Assembly (NCBI GenBank): GCA_024137785.1
Contig: JAHRHZ010000116.1
Coordinates: 1 to 64,000 of the forward strand
Reading direction: 5' to 3'
Source of the DNA: Ginglymostoma cirratum
Taxonomy: Eukaryota
Length of the DNA stretch: 64,000 nt
Positions 37,881-51,386 of this stretch are shown one piece after another. The translations under genes were made by a program, and so were the position numbers. Position 1 is the stretch's first letter, and every line of letters begins with the position of its first letter. A model generated the notes under the pieces. The model saw only the letters and a program-made list of their open reading frames with translations. It was not told where the DNA came from and did no database searches.

Positions 37881-38978
37881 CTCCATATTTTCAGTGAATA
37901 TCCAAATTATATTCATATAACCAATACTTTCTGACACGTAAGTGTATTATAGTTTAATTAAAGTGACGCTTACATCCATTACATATCCTAAATTCACTAC
38001 AGTGCTCCATGCAAGTGCAGTCTACGTATGCCAACATTTAATATTCTCCCCTATTCATGGTAATGTTTTTATTGTCTTTTTTTTAATTTCAAGGATTAGA
38101 AAGCACCCGAAAACAACATCTTTAGACTATTTCGAAATTACTGACTTGATTCAAGATTTAAGTGACTCAAGAAATATTTCAACGACTGCATCACGAGGAA
38201 GCTTAGCAGCACGTTGTCATTATCAAAAATTATGATTCACCCAGGACAAACTGACTTATGATTCAGTACATTCATCGCAACTTCTTCCTGAGTCTCGCTG
38301 CTCAAAGAAACTTATTAAAAAACAATTTAAACAACTCATGATTTGAATCAGGATTCAGCAATTACAACAACCTGGGTCCAACTCTCCCAAAATTAAAAAT
38401 TAAATACTGCATAGCCAAATGCAGCGAGAGCACAAGACAAGACTTTTTTTTTTAGAAATGGGAGTATACTATGACATTACATGTGTGAAACACTACAATT
38501 CTTAAACGCAGAATCTGTTAACTCTAGTGCAGAAAAAAAAGTTGCAATAGTAAAGATGCCAAGATAATGTTAAATGTGCTATACAGGTGGCCATTTGCCA
38601 TGTGTTAGTATACACACCAGGATTTATTATAGACGAATATGTATCTGGCAATCTGAGATATTCACAGGCATTGTTCTTTTTTCTCCAAAAATATCTGCCG
38701 TTTGTGTAGTGGCGTAGGGAGGCCAACAAAGGGTGAAATTGTATCACTTTACACACAGGAGGGAGAGAAAGAGATTCTTGAACCTTTGATTCACCACTTA
38801 TTAATACACTCATTCACTCAAACGTCCCATTACACCCAGAGGTTCGCACGCAGAGGCAAACACAAAAACATATAACACACACATATAGAAATACACAACA
38901 AGAGTGTGAGAAGAATAGGCCTGCCAAGTTGTGAGTTAAATCTATGCGAGGCAGTTCATTAGGATATCATACCTAAGC

Positions 38979-39017
38979 AGTCGTTGTCATCGGCTCACTC
39001 TGTTGTCCATCACTGTG
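38979..39017 (-). other. 23-RSS: CACAGTG - 23 bp - ACAACGACT
   Basis: Perfect heptamer at the V end, 23-nt spacer, degenerate nonamer. Confidence 0.85.
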
Positions 39018-39477
39018 AGCGTGAGAGCTCCGTAACTCATGGCAGCGTCAGTCAGTTTCAGTCCCGAGATAGTTCAACTCGTGAATTTATTCACTGTCTG
39101 GAACTGGAAAGAGAAACAGGATTCAGCAAAATCAGAACCATTCGAGTGATTCCAAGCAATAAACTGAGGCTGTGTGTCTGGGTGTTGCTGGTACCAAAAA
39201 TAAATAATCGCCGTCGCAGGTGGGGTCATAAGAACAGCTTAATGTCACCGCTTTGCCTTTTGTCTGAACATCTGAGGACAGTAACTGAGGGCCAGAAACT
39301 CCCTGTCCCAGCTCTGAAAAAAAACACATATTCAATACGGAAAACATTTGAGGGGTGAGTATTTCAAATTCAGGGTCAAAACATATTCAGGAAATGAGAG
39401 AAGCTAGTGGACGTGTTTGTTTCACAATTGCATATCATAAATTCTCTAAACGCAATCCAGACTCCCAGTAACAGCAT
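39018..39477 (-). pseudogene. TCR alpha/delta-type V pseudogene (candidate leader 39477-39426, V exon 39313-39018)
   Basis: KAVTLSCSY, a frameshift, then WYQQHPDTQPQFIAW...KFTS*TISGLKLTDAAMSYGALT (YYC decayed to SYG, internal TGA). Acceptor ttttcag. Leader MLLLGVWIAFREFMICN is 52 nt. Confidence 0.85.
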
Positions 39478-39804
39478 TGTTCCGTCTGCTTTGTAAAAGG
39501 AAGCTGGATATTTGAAGACAGAGGTTCTATTTCCCCACCATCGGTAATCTGCTGCCGTGTTTTAGGATGCTTTCACATCAATGCCTTGTGCCCATAGTTG
39601 TTTTTTGAGACTGGGAGGGATTAAACTGCCTGTCAGTGAATGGAAAATCCTCTGTCTGGGCCGCAGCTTTGTAAAGGAGATGGCCCCGCTCTAAAGAAAT
39701 GGCAACAATTAAAGCTGTGGCTGTACTTTAGCAATTCTTTCACAGGATACGTGGATCGCTAGCTGGGTCAGCATTTATTGCCCGTTCCTAGTTGCTCTCC
39801 AGAA

Positions 39805-40143
39805 TCATAGAACGCCGACAGTGTGGAAACAGACCATTTGGCCCAACAAATCCACACTACCTTCTGAACAGCATCCCATGCAAACCCATTCACTGCTATC
39901 TACTTTTCCCATGTCTAACCCACCTAACCTAAAACTCTCTGGACACGTGGAGCAATTTAGCATAGCCAATCTACCTACCCTTCACATCTTTGGATTGTGG
40001 GAGAAAACCGGAGCACCCAGAAGAAACCCATGCAGACACAGGGAGAATGTACAAACTCCACACAGACATTCGCCTGAGGCTGGAATCAAAGCCGGGTCAC
40101 TGGCACTATGGAGCAGCAGTGCTAGCCACTGAGCCACCGTACC
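39805..40143 (-). mobile_element. HE1-type SINE
   Basis: Reverse complement of the same SINE (ggtacggtggctcagtggctagcactgctgc...). Confidence 0.8.
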
Positions 40144-40667
40144 ACCCAAAGATGGTGGTGAGCTGCCTGCTTGAAATGTTGTTGCCCCTGGAGTGTGGGG
40201 AGAACAGGGATATTGGTTGGAAGGCAGTTGTGACATTTTAACCCAATGGCATGAATGGAATTGTGCTGTATTTCCAAGTCAGGAAGGCGATTGACTTGAA
40301 GGGGCAGTCACAGATGATGCTGTGAACTGGACCTTTCACTGGAATTGGTTCATTTTCGACTGAATAACTTCTTGAAAACTCAATTTATCTAACCTTCAGG
40401 AAATTGGGCATGGTGAATCCAGTGAGGTTTCCTTTGTGTGTCCAGTCCAAGTCATCGTAATGCATTGGACGCAAGTACACAGCTTCATATGCCAGAACTG
40501 CATAGGCATTCGGGGACAAACATGCAATCACCTCCAAATGCATATATGGAGGTGCAAACTCAAGCTGGTATATTCAAATGCCCACACTCAATCACACGCA
40601 GACGTGCAGCAGACAAGGATCATAAGGTTATGCATACAATGCACACAAACACAGGTACAGACATGAA

Positions 40668-40687
40668 AACACACACACACACGCACA

Positions 40688-40723
<36 letters not shown>
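40668..40723. repeat. (CA)n microsatellite
   Basis: Direct observation. Confidence 0.95.
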
Positions 40724-40725
<2 letters not shown>

Positions 40726-41975
40726 GAGTTGCATATGCACAAACACTCCAACATAGGTCAGATAGGCACAATGACTCCAGTTGAAATCAGCAACTTGTGC
40801 AAATGTACTTGATGCACAAATTTCTGGAATTGGATGCGTTCCTTTCTCAGCCCTGTGTAAGAAATCTTCCCAATAAGCTACATATTTCCTGAAGACCATT
40901 TAAGAATCTGTAACACCCTTCGTACATTTGTCCTTTCTCACTGCTTGTACTAGACACTTACAATACAGCCACGCTACCTTAAAATTGAATTGAACGATTT
41001 TTGTCACTTGCATAACAAATACATTGTGAAACGTGTGGTATAACCACACTCTGGCGCCATTTTGAGTTACAGAAGATATTCAGATATGTCTCAAAACAAT
41101 CAAAATTGGCGTTTTCCCTCCATTTTTGTGCTCATCTCGTCATTGGGGGATTGTCCTCACAAAGGCTCTGGTCTCACCAACTCTCCTGTAACACAGTAAA
41201 TTCCAGGAATAACACTCTGAGGCCACTTTTGCCACTGCTTCATTCCAGGAGTACCACACTGATCCCACAATGACATCACGTCACCACTGACGCAATGAAA
41301 TCTCCTGGTGATCTGCCAGGAGTACCAATTTGTGTCTACCACATTGCTGCAGCTGAAGTTCAGCATCACCTATTACACTTTTTGTTTTGTAATGCAGATT
41401 TCTATGAAAGTCAATGTTCACAGAGACTGGAAGGTTTTCGGCAGCTATGCCATCAACCATGGTCTTATGGAATGATGGTCCAAGCTCAAGGGTCAAATGG
41501 AATAATCTGCTCCGACTTCAACTGTTCTGATGTTTATGTGTGTTATATATGTATGCTTCAACAAACTAAAAAGAAAACATAGATTTCACAGGACTTTGGC
41601 AGCTCTTATCCACGTTATGCTTATAGCTACAGAATTTTACAATTTTGAACGTGTGTCCGCCTATGACACTTGGAAAGGAAGTGTAAGTAGTTGTTCTTGT
41701 TTTAGTATCAATGACGTTCTACCTGGAGAAGACACCTCACTGTCCATTAAAACTGCACACAGTCTTAAGGAGACATAGGTAGCCAACGACTCCGAGGGTC
41801 AGAAGTTCATTAAAGTACACATATATGGAATGACTCACAGGTTGCAAAAGAACAAGTTTGTGCGGAAAGCAATAGGATTGATGAAACTGGGGAGGGCAGG
41901 TTATGGAACATCCTTTCAAAATGTTATTAATGATACTCTATTAACACACAATTATAAAAGAACTGTAATTTCAAT

Positions 41976-43051
41976 TATCTCTGATAAACCGGAACAGATC
42001 CCTCACGCCCTGTCCCCGCAACAACAACCAAAAAAGAATCCCCCTCGTCCTCACATACCACCCCACCAACCTTCGGATCCAACACAGCATCCTCCGACAC
42101 TTCCGCCATCTGCAATCAGACCCCACCACCAAAGATATTTTTCCCTCCCCACCCTTATCTGCCTTCTGGAGGGACCACTCCCTCCGCGACTCCCTTGTCC
42201 GCTCCACACTCCCCTCCAGCCCCACCACACCCGGCACTTTTCCCTGTAACCGCACGAAGTGCTACACCTGCCCCCACACCTCCTCCCTCACCCCAATCCC
42301 AGGCCCCAAGAAGACGTTCCACATCAGGCAGATGTTCACCTGCACATCTGCCAATGTGGTATACTGCATCCGCTGTACCCGTTGTGGCTTCCTCTACATC
42401 GGGGAAACCAAGCGGAGGCTTGGGGACCGCTTTGCACAACACCTGCGCTCAGTTTGCAACAAACAACTGCAGCTCCCAGTCGCGAACCATTTCAACTCCC
42501 CCTCCCATTCCTCAGATGACATGTCCATCCTGGGCCTCCTGCAATGCCACAGTGATGCCACCCGAAGGCTGCAGGAACAACAAATCATATTCAGCCTGGG
42601 AACCCTGCAGCCCAATGGCATCAATGTGGATTTCACAAGCTTCAAAATCTCCCCTCCCCCAACCGCATCCCAAAACCAGCACAGCTCATCTCCACCCCCC
42701 TAACCTGTTTTTCCTCTCACCTCAAGCCACACCCCCATCTCCTTTCTACCAACATCATCCCGCCCCCTTGACCTGTCCGTCCTCCCTGGACTGACCTATC
42801 TCCTCCCTAACCCCCTACCTACACTCACCTTTACTGGCTCCATCCCCGCCTCTTCGACTTGTCTGCCTCCTCTCCACCTATCCTCTCCTCTGTCCATCCT
42901 CTATCCGCCTCCCCCTCTCTCCCTATTTATTTCAGAACCCTCGTCCCCTCCCCCATTTCTGATGAAGGGTTTAGGCCCGAAACGTCAAGTTTTCCTGCTC
43001 CTATGATACTGCTTGACCTGCTGTGTTCATCCAGCCCCATGCTTGTTATCT
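41976..43051 (+). mobile_element. Penelope-like retroelement, 5'-truncated, with GIY-YIG endonuclease and 3' terminal repeat
   Basis: ORF 42332-42703 reads FTCTSANVVYCIRCTRCGFLYIGETKRRLGDRFAQH...PVANHFN (GIY-YIG). Flanking duplication ctgtaatttcaat at 41963-41975 and 43050-43062. Confidence 0.9.
42955..42990 (+). ncRNA. Minimal hammerhead ribozyme motif in the Penelope 3' repeat
   Basis: ATTT-CTGATGA-A-GGGT ttag GCCC-GAAAC-GTC-AAGT: core boxes, stem II, palindromic ACGT in place of stem III, GUC cleavage triplet. Confidence 0.7.
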
Positions 43052-44074
43052 GTAATTTCAATGTCTTTATTTCTGAATAAGTTTATTCAACGACTTTCAG
43101 AAGTAGAAAAACTGCCCGATCTTCTCAGTTTATGAGTCCACCCACTCATATCTCCTCATCATGAAACTGACACTTTGAATGCTTAAAAGAAAGACAATCA
43201 CTGACAAGACACATTCTAGCCTTGTTACAGTTTAGTAGCTTCCATCCAGGTCACAGAGAAAACATGCCACATGTGATATTTTGGACTAATGTTCATTTTG
43301 AAGTTGGACAATAAGGAATGAGTCAGGTTTCGAAGAAACCAATACACAGAGTGTGGAAGGATCATTGCGAGGATAGTTGCTCTTCAGGCAAGGAATAAAA
43401 CGGAAGCCAAGAACTGAGTTGCACTATTACCCTAGTGAATTGGAACAACCAAGAAGTTCCCATTGGAACCAAATTGTCCCTCGTTCCGTGGAGACTTGTA
43501 AAGTCGAGTCAAGTTTTCAAACTTTTGCAGCAGTGTACACATGTATGTTGATTTTCAGTCAGTGGAGTCATAATGCTAAAGGAGCAGCCTTGAGGAACTA
43601 ACACAAGGAAAATTTCAACAGAAATTGCTGCAGATGCTTAGCGGATCTGATAACATCTCTGGGGAGAAAGCAAATTCAAATTTCAACAACATAGAGAAGA
43701 GATTGTATCATATAGTGATGAAAGTACTGAAACAAGAAACAAAGGCTCGAAGGAAGTTTAAAAGGGAGGAAGGAGGGAATGTGAGTGATTGGAAAAAAAG
43801 AACGAGTAAATAAATCAACATAGGCCCAGAACACTGCAGAATTGAAATGTTGAGTACAGATCTGATCCATGCCTGAGCATCTCATCCTGAAAGACGAGCG
43901 CTCCGATAATTTCTGATTCCTTTGGAATTAATAATCGAGAACTACCTCAGCTGGACAATAGACGTCACACCTTTCGAGTCAAGAGGATCTACCCGCAAAT
44001 TTCAGATTTGAGTTCGTGAAAAAGCGTTACAAACTAATAGAAGAGAAGTAAGATGCAGAAATTTTGTTTTTCTA

Positions 44075-44973
44075 TCATTTGAATAAACTCTGATGGATGA
44101 TGAAGGGATACCTCATCACCACCTTAAGCTCTTCTCTGAATTTATTCTGAGACACGGCATAGATAAAAACGTTGTTGCAGGAGCTGAGTAGCTGGAGCAT
44201 GTTGGTCGTCTCTGAAAGTATGTACTGTGGATCTTTGAAATTCTGGCTGTTGAAATAACCTGCACTTCTAACTCGCACGTAAAGGAAACGCCCGACCTGG
44301 GTAGCCCACAGGAGGAAGAAGCTGAGTGAGATAGCGAAAAGCAAGACAATGGACCTCTTGCGATTCATAATCTCAGGATCTTGACCAGTCTCAACACCTC
44401 GAAGCCTCTGACGGGATCGGTTGGCCCCTAAAATATGCCTTATAGTCAAAGCATTGAGAAGAAGAATGAGAACAAATGGGAAAATGGGGATTAATATAGG
44501 ATCTAGCATGTCGTATGCCTGCCAGACAGGAGATGTGTAATAGATGGACTTGATATTGCAGAACCAGGGTACTCCCATAATTGTGTATAAAGGCCTGTAG
44601 ATGAAGTATAAAGGGACATTCTTGATGCAGCTTAGGATACAGACTGTTCCAATGACCAATGAAGCAATTTTTTCAGTGCAGTATCTGGTCTTCAGGTTCT
44701 GGCAGCAAATGGCAACAAAACGGTCGATGGTGAAGGCCACTGTCAGCCAGACTGAGCCATCTCGCGTGCTGTGCACTAGCACAGCAATAAGGCTACACAC
44801 TGGGGTGGTTGACAAGACACTGTACCTAAAGTAAATGCGGCCAATCCTGTTTAGGATTACGGAAATTATTATGACGAGAAAGTCAAAGGCAGCTATCGCC
44901 ACCAGGTAGTATGTGATGCATTTGCAGAGACCACAACGTCCTCGGGATAGAATTACAATCGCCAGCAAATTGG
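44075..44973 (-). CDS. GPR139/GPR142-like class A GPCR paralogue 2, coding exon 2 (joins exon 1 at 49850-49781; 322 aa total)
   Basis: Open 7TM frame collinear with paralogue 1 (RDGSVWLTVAFTIDRFVAI; TTNMLQLLSSCNNVFIY; NKFREEL). Acceptor ttttctttctcag|CC AAT TTG at 44974/44973. Confidence 0.9.
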
Positions 44974-47119
44974 CTGAGAAAGAAAATGAGAGAGATGTTA
45001 TTAAACTTATTCCAAACATTAGCTACTGTCTCATCTGGTATGTTGCTCAAGTGCAACTTCTGACTCGACTATTCAAAAGGCATTTCGTTGAGGCCTATTG
45101 TTTGACTAAACTTGTGTGAATACATAAGGCATTGAAGTCAGTTGCTGCCACAAAATGTACTGTGTGTTCACTGAATCTACCCTCGTGTTTAGGTTTCAAA
45201 TCTCAACGCCAAACAAAATACTTACTGATCATCTTACTTACTTCCTTACTTAGTCAGTAATACTCACTAAGAAATTCAACATTTCTATGCTTGTCAACAT
45301 ATGTTGACTTCCCATGCACCAACATTGCAGTCTGAACAATCTGAACTACCCAATTTTCAAATGCCTCCAAAATGTCACTGCTGCCGTTTCAGTGATAAAG
45401 AAGAATCATCTGCATTTTACAGACTCCTCCAATTCTGCTACTTTCTGAAACCTTCAGATTCTGTCTTCCTTCATTACTGGTTTTGCCTTCAGTTTCACAT
45501 GTATAACTCTTTTGAAATCTGCCTTCATTAGGACGTTTCTGATTAAATAAATTTTTATGGAAAATGTTGGTAAAATGCTACCACAAGGTGGCTGCAGATT
45601 TCTATGCTTCTGCGGTAACTACTCTGCTCCACCTGTTCTTTTTCTTTCTTTCTCTTTTTTCTCTCTCTTCTTTTCTTCTGCGTCCCACAATCTTTTTTTC
45701 AATGAATGAACTGGTATAAACTGGTGGGGAATTGAGGAGCTGGCGAACGCTGGAGGCGAATTCCACTGTGGAGGCTGTCACAGGGAAGCAGTCTGGGATC
45801 ACCGGCTGTTGGAAGGAGTGAGTCCCGTGCAGTGACCAGCCCAGGGTAAGCAGACCTCGAGCAACAACAAGCACTGGGAGCGAGTCCTGGGCAGAGGCCA
45901 ATGCAGGGAAGTAGTCTCGGAGAAAACTTACCTTGGAGAAGCTGAGAGCTGGGGCAGAATGCACTGGAGGCTTGCAATGGAACGGAGACAATTGTTGAAC
46001 TGAAGTCTGGTGCAGGCAGTTGCACCACGTGTCGAGGTCACTGAGCTCAGGGACTGCAATGTACTGTTCATTTGTAATTGTTTATCTGACTGTAATATCT
46101 ATCCTTTTATTTCCAGCTTGTTGATTGACGACAGTAAAGTAATGCAAATACTTTTCTTTTTAATCCCTCTTTTGCATCGAAGATTTGTACCTATGTGTTT
46201 GTACCTAAGATGACATTATAAGCAGGCCATTGTAAAAAAAAAAATCACTGTACTCCTGTACTTCTGTGCTTGAGTACACCTCAAAACACAGGATATTCGA
46301 TTCCATTCTATACATTATGTAATTCGTCTTCATGGTTTTGGTTAATATTCCCGTGACGATTTTCCACCATACATTCTCCAGTCGCTGAAGAAACAAGCAG
46401 AACCTTGACTTCATGAGTTGAATCCACCCCTGAAATGGAAATCCCTTGAATTCTTTTAAACAAAAAACACCCTGCAAGCTGTAACTCCATGTCTGGTTAC
46501 AATATTGTAACAGGTTTGTGCCAGGATCAAGCAGAAGAACTGGTAACTTGTTTTTAGTTACAGTTTGCAGTGGAATAAATCACAATTTGTGACTAAATGT
46601 GAGTTATGAGTGAACATCAAGTGAACTGTGAACTGACTGAACGGCTCAACCTCACTCCATCGTAATCACTCTACAACATACAGTCACCCTCAATCATTCA
46701 CCGTCACTCACAGCCTCCTGACATGAGCCAGGATGCGTGTGGCCGGACTGGAAGAGTTTACTGAATCAAGGATGGGGCAAACAGCGTGAATCATTGTGTG
46801 GGGTCAGGTTATGCGTTACTTATGCGTTGGGGTTGCAACATATTTGCCTCTGGAAGGGGAACTAGCAACTTGACATAGGATAGAAACAAGTGGACTGACT
46901 CATTGGAAGGGGAAGAGGATAGACATTGTGTGGATTTTGGGCAGATTCTAGGGGAGCAGCACACAGAATTGTTTGGGGTACGGTGAGCAAACACCAGAGA
47001 ATTAGCGTGCTAATTGAAGGTAGAACAGCAGGCTGAATTGTAGAAGTAGACTATATGGCAACACGAGGTATTAGAATTAGCAGCAAAGTAGACTCGAAAT
47101 GGGTGTAACAGGGTATCAT

Positions 47120-47450
47120 CCAGAGACAGAAACAGATATTGGTGGAGAAACACATCAGGTCTGGCAGTATGTGTCGAAAGAAAGCAGATTTAACTTTTCG
47201 GGCCCAGTGGCCCCTCTTCAGAGCCCATCTCTGGAATCCAGGACAAGGGAAATGGGAAGGGAGGTGCAAGAGTCTAGAAAGTTGGGGGTGAAATTCTGGT
47301 AGAATATTAACAGGACAGAACAATGGTGTTTAGAGAGTGGAGCACAGTGGTCAGAGACAGGGAGACAATCAGCCAGAGATGAGGTAAATTGTACCAAAGG
47401 GGATGGAAAAAATAACGTCTGATTGAGACATAGAGGGGGTCATGTAAAAG
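47120..47450 (-). repeat. Penelope-type terminal repeat fragment with hammerhead-like core at 47188-47226
   Basis: Minus strand CTGAAGA-GGGGCCACTGGGCCC-GAAAAGTT followed by a ctgccagacctgatgtgtttctccaccaat tail. Confidence 0.5.
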
Positions 47451-49780
47451 ATTCAGACGATTTAGAAGTTATAAATTTGAAGCATTTATTTCAGACTCTA
47501 GAAACTGGCAATATGGCAAAGATCGCACAGTCACTGAAATCTTCAACCACCTGCATTCCCAATTCCCAAATCTTATTGCTTTCCTGCATATTGGGGAATT
47601 TTTCTAACTCTATTTGCACCAGGAAAATCGGATGCTCCATTACGAATATGTGCTGAGTGGCCAAACCTTAGTGATGCTGAGGGTTGATTGGTTTGTGTGA
47701 AGGGCCCGCGTTAGGGGAGGTCAGTTTGAATAAAGACGACCGGAAATCAACCACAAGCACTGTCGCTGCTGGAAGCCAGAAAAGAAATTTTCAAACTTTG
47801 TTTCCATTCAAGATTTGCAGGCAATTCCCAGTCATCATGTGTCAAGTTATAACATTGTTACAATTTGATTGCACTTGTTTTGGAGATATTTTGCGGGGAG
47901 ATTTAAATTGAGGTACAGTGTGGCAACTGGCAGAGGAAGAGTGTGAAATATTTTAGTAATTAATAACCAAGATCTGCGCAGCCACTGGGCATGTTAATTT
48001 TAATTTCTCGTATTTTCCTTGAAGAAATTTCTGGAGAAATTCAGTACAGAGAGGAGTTAAATTAGGAGGCAATGTTATTGCATGTTTATAAATTTACTTA
48101 GATCAATCGATATTGTTCTCTAATTTATTTGGTCCTTTGTCAGTTTGGCTTTACTGGACAGAATCGTTGGTATTTAGCTATTTATTTCTCGATAATCATT
48201 TTTCGTCCTCCACACAGGAGTCAGTGCCAGACAATGTGGCAGAAGAAATTGAGAAAACCTGCATCTGCAGTACAAATCAAAGGCATCAACGAAAAGCAGC
48301 GTTTCCTGGACAAGAATTGTTGCAAATTATGAAAAAAAAACTTGGTTATTTGTATAATTAGTGTATGTATTCATGATTCATTCAAATTTCAAATTTCCAA
48401 CATTTTTTATGCATTATATGATATAACACTTAAATATGGTGAATGATAGTATGTTAAGCGTGTTCACAGTATGGAGTGTTACAACACGTTATTCAATTCA
48501 TTACGTTGCATCATTACAGAATGCCATTTATTAGATGGCCGAACCTTGGCTTATAAAGATTTGGTGATCATAGCTTGAAAATTTCTTTGAGGCTTGAATT
48601 CATATTTTTATATTGCTTTCGTCCTAATTGATGCTTAAAAATTTAAAAGTGTCCGTGAATTAATTCTTTCTTTCCAACGTTAATATGGTGCACATTCTGG
48701 TCTCGCTCGTTCCTGACACGTTCAATAGATTGCCATTTTCATGAGTTATTTCCATCAATTACTAAGCTTAAAGTCATGTTGGATAAATAAATAAGTTAAA
48801 AACCTGAATAATTCAAACTGTGCCTCGACCACTTATCTTCCTTACAATGCTTGATGTGAGCAATAGCTAACCACCGAACAACTACGATCAGTCACCTGAC
48901 AATGCAGAATTGCAATGCTCTCAGTTTCAACTGTCCCAGTGTGGGGAGAAGCCTTCGGTCCACAATAGTCGTCAAGCTTCCGACTGGTCTCGCATGTTGC
49001 TTAAAATCATTCCAACCGCTTTGATTTTAGCCTTTCACCATTCTCAGAAACTCGTAATGAACAGTGATTATGGATTAGGGCAACTACAGTCTGTTATCGA
49101 TTAACAATCTTTCACCATTTGCAAAACCCATCAGGACAGGATATTGCCAACAAAAGATTAAACTTCTTGCCTGTTCAGATATTTTCAAATATTTGCCGAA
49201 TTAGTTCATCAGATTACGTTAAAAATGGGACCTCATATGTGGGCTCTCACTCTACTGCAGCTGTTACATTCTTGCAAAAGTCGGACTGTAGATTCCCGTA
49301 TTCAGTGAACGTGTTTTTTTTGTGTGTCAACAATTTGGCAGTATAACGACTGTATGGAATAAGTAATATTCTGCTCCGGCAAGAAATCCACGCATACAGG
49401 CATTTCGCTAAGTTGGTGTTTTATTTTAAAAAATCCTGTAGCACAACAAATACCCATTTCCGTTTTGCAAAATTAAAATTAAAGCTTTATATCAGACCAA
49501 TTTTTCATACAATGCAAATAATTATAAGTCATGCTTCAACAATCTAATAAACAGCATTTCCATAAAAATGCAGCATATTGAATTAAATGATATGTTGCAA
49601 GATTCCATTGTGCAACCACAATTAATACAATACCTTTCACCACATCACAGCGTAACATCATATCATGCATAAAAAATTCTGGAAACCGTTTGATGTCCCC
49701 TACATTCCTGAAAGTGAAAATATAACATTTCTGGAGATTTTCAAAAACAAAACCCACCTTTTTTGGCAACCATGACTTAC

Positions 49781-49850
49781 CTGGAACACCAATAACAGCG
49801 ATAATAGGATAACAAATGGCATAAAAGAGTCCTTTTATTGCCCCATGCAT
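49781..49850 (-). CDS. GPCR paralogue 2, coding exon 1 (MHGAIKGLFYAICYPIIAVIGVP)
   Basis: 70-nt exon from ATG to CCA G|GTAAGT donor, phase 1. Same aaagacgATGCA start context as paralogue 1. Confidence 0.88.
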
Positions 49851-49968
49851 CGTCTTTTGGAAGCTGAAGAAGTCCCCGAAGCTATAGGACTTAGTTCTGC
49901 AACACAAGCGAAAAGTGCGATATTTATTTGAGCTGAGAAGGTCCAGAAGGAAAAGTATTTTACAGCAC

Positions 49969-49998
49969 GCACTTTAGTTACAGTTCGATAAACAAACA
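49969..49998 (-). promoter_or_regulatory. Conserved upstream block of GPCR2 with forkhead-like TAAACAAACA
   Basis: 25/30 identical to 6787-6816, at an equivalent distance from the ATG. Confidence 0.55.
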
Positions 49999-51386
49999 TC
50001 CACAGTTTCAGGATTTCTGTTTGTCATATTAACAAAGCTAACGACATATTTGTACTTTTGAAACATTGGGGTCAGTTAGTTAAGTCGGCTGGACGACTGG
50101 TTCGTTATGCAGAGTGACGTCAACAGCGTCGATTAAATTCTGCACTGGCTGAAGTTTACCATGGAGGCACCGTCTTCTCAGCTTCCCCCTTTGTCTGAGG
50201 TCTAATGATTCTCTGGTTAATCACACCAACATTTGTTTCTCTCTAAGGGGAGACAAGCACTATGATTTTCTGAGACTTTGCAACTTTAGCTTTAACTGTG
50301 AGAGTAAAGTGGTTTTCTCGTGATCAATGTTTGAAGTGTGGCAGTGAAGTGTCATGTTTGCTGTTGTTCTCAAGTGTGGAATAGAATCTGCCATAAGAGA
50401 AGCTGCTCGCTGAACAATAAAAAAGTCACCAGAAAGTGGAATTTTAGATGCAATGACACACATTCTGCGCAACAAGAAACGCTCTTTTGGAAAGAAAAAA
50501 AACTGATACCTAATATCGTGGGGTCAGATGTACTTCCAAATTCAAGTCGCAGACATGATTTAATGGTAGGAGGTGATAGTGCACGACAGGTTTTGTATCA
50601 ATTGATTGAACTTCTGTATTAGTGTGGTCTTCAACGCAGAGACATGCATCCTGGTGAAATCTACAGTTACTTTTTTCGTGTCTATATCAAAACTTGTCAT
50701 TGAATCCTGGAGGCTTTCTCCCTTTGCTCAAAAAAAGGACAGAAAATCACACATGTTATGGACCAGAACAAGCAAGCCCCTTCCCTGTAAAAATATCAAG
50801 GAGATAGCCTGAATCCCAACTCTTATCTTACAAAAGCTAAGTATGAGATGCGTGTCCTAGACGTAAATAAATAGGCCACACAACTCACTATTAAGCAGAA
50901 CACACTTTATTTTAACCGTCAGTTAAATTATAAAAGAAGAAAGAAGAATTGGTACAACTTTAACTCTGTAAAAACAAATTACAGAATCAAAGGTTATTTA
51001 ACGACGAAACAGAAACTGTCCCAAATATAGCAACATCTGACAAAACACACTTGGCAAAGGTAAATTCAGTAAAATAGATTGTGTCACATGTGACTCTGGC
51101 AGAGACAGATACGATTCGCGTATTTTAGATTTTGTAGGGAAATAAACGGACAGCGTTAAAGCTAACTTCCAAACCCCAAAAACGACAGAGTGGTAAAAAT
51201 AAAACCCTGGTTCTGTGGGAACCTGGCTCCATCGATTCATGCTGCTTCTGTTGTTCCCGCTTAAAGAAAAGGCTCACAAGCTGTTTACTTTTTTGGTTTG
51301 AACTAGATAATTCTTTACCAAAATCTTCCTTTAAAAAAAAATCAAAATGCATCTCATACTTACTCTACTTTGGTTTTTCGCGTTAT

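Noticed and set aside
41120-41400. Minus-strand VMLNFSCS...NWYSW...GIYCVTG with a nonamer-like ACAAAAATG, resembling another V relic
   Set aside because: No heptamer at 12 or 23 spacing, and the framework motifs are too weak to call without an alignment.
43320-43575. Plus-strand LFRQ...FAAVYTC, vaguely Ig-like
   Set aside because: Spacing is wrong and no RSS or splice acceptor supports it.
50115-50122. Palindromic CRE site TGACGTCA upstream of GPCR2
   Set aside because: It lies in a SINE-like repeat and has no counterpart upstream of GPCR1.
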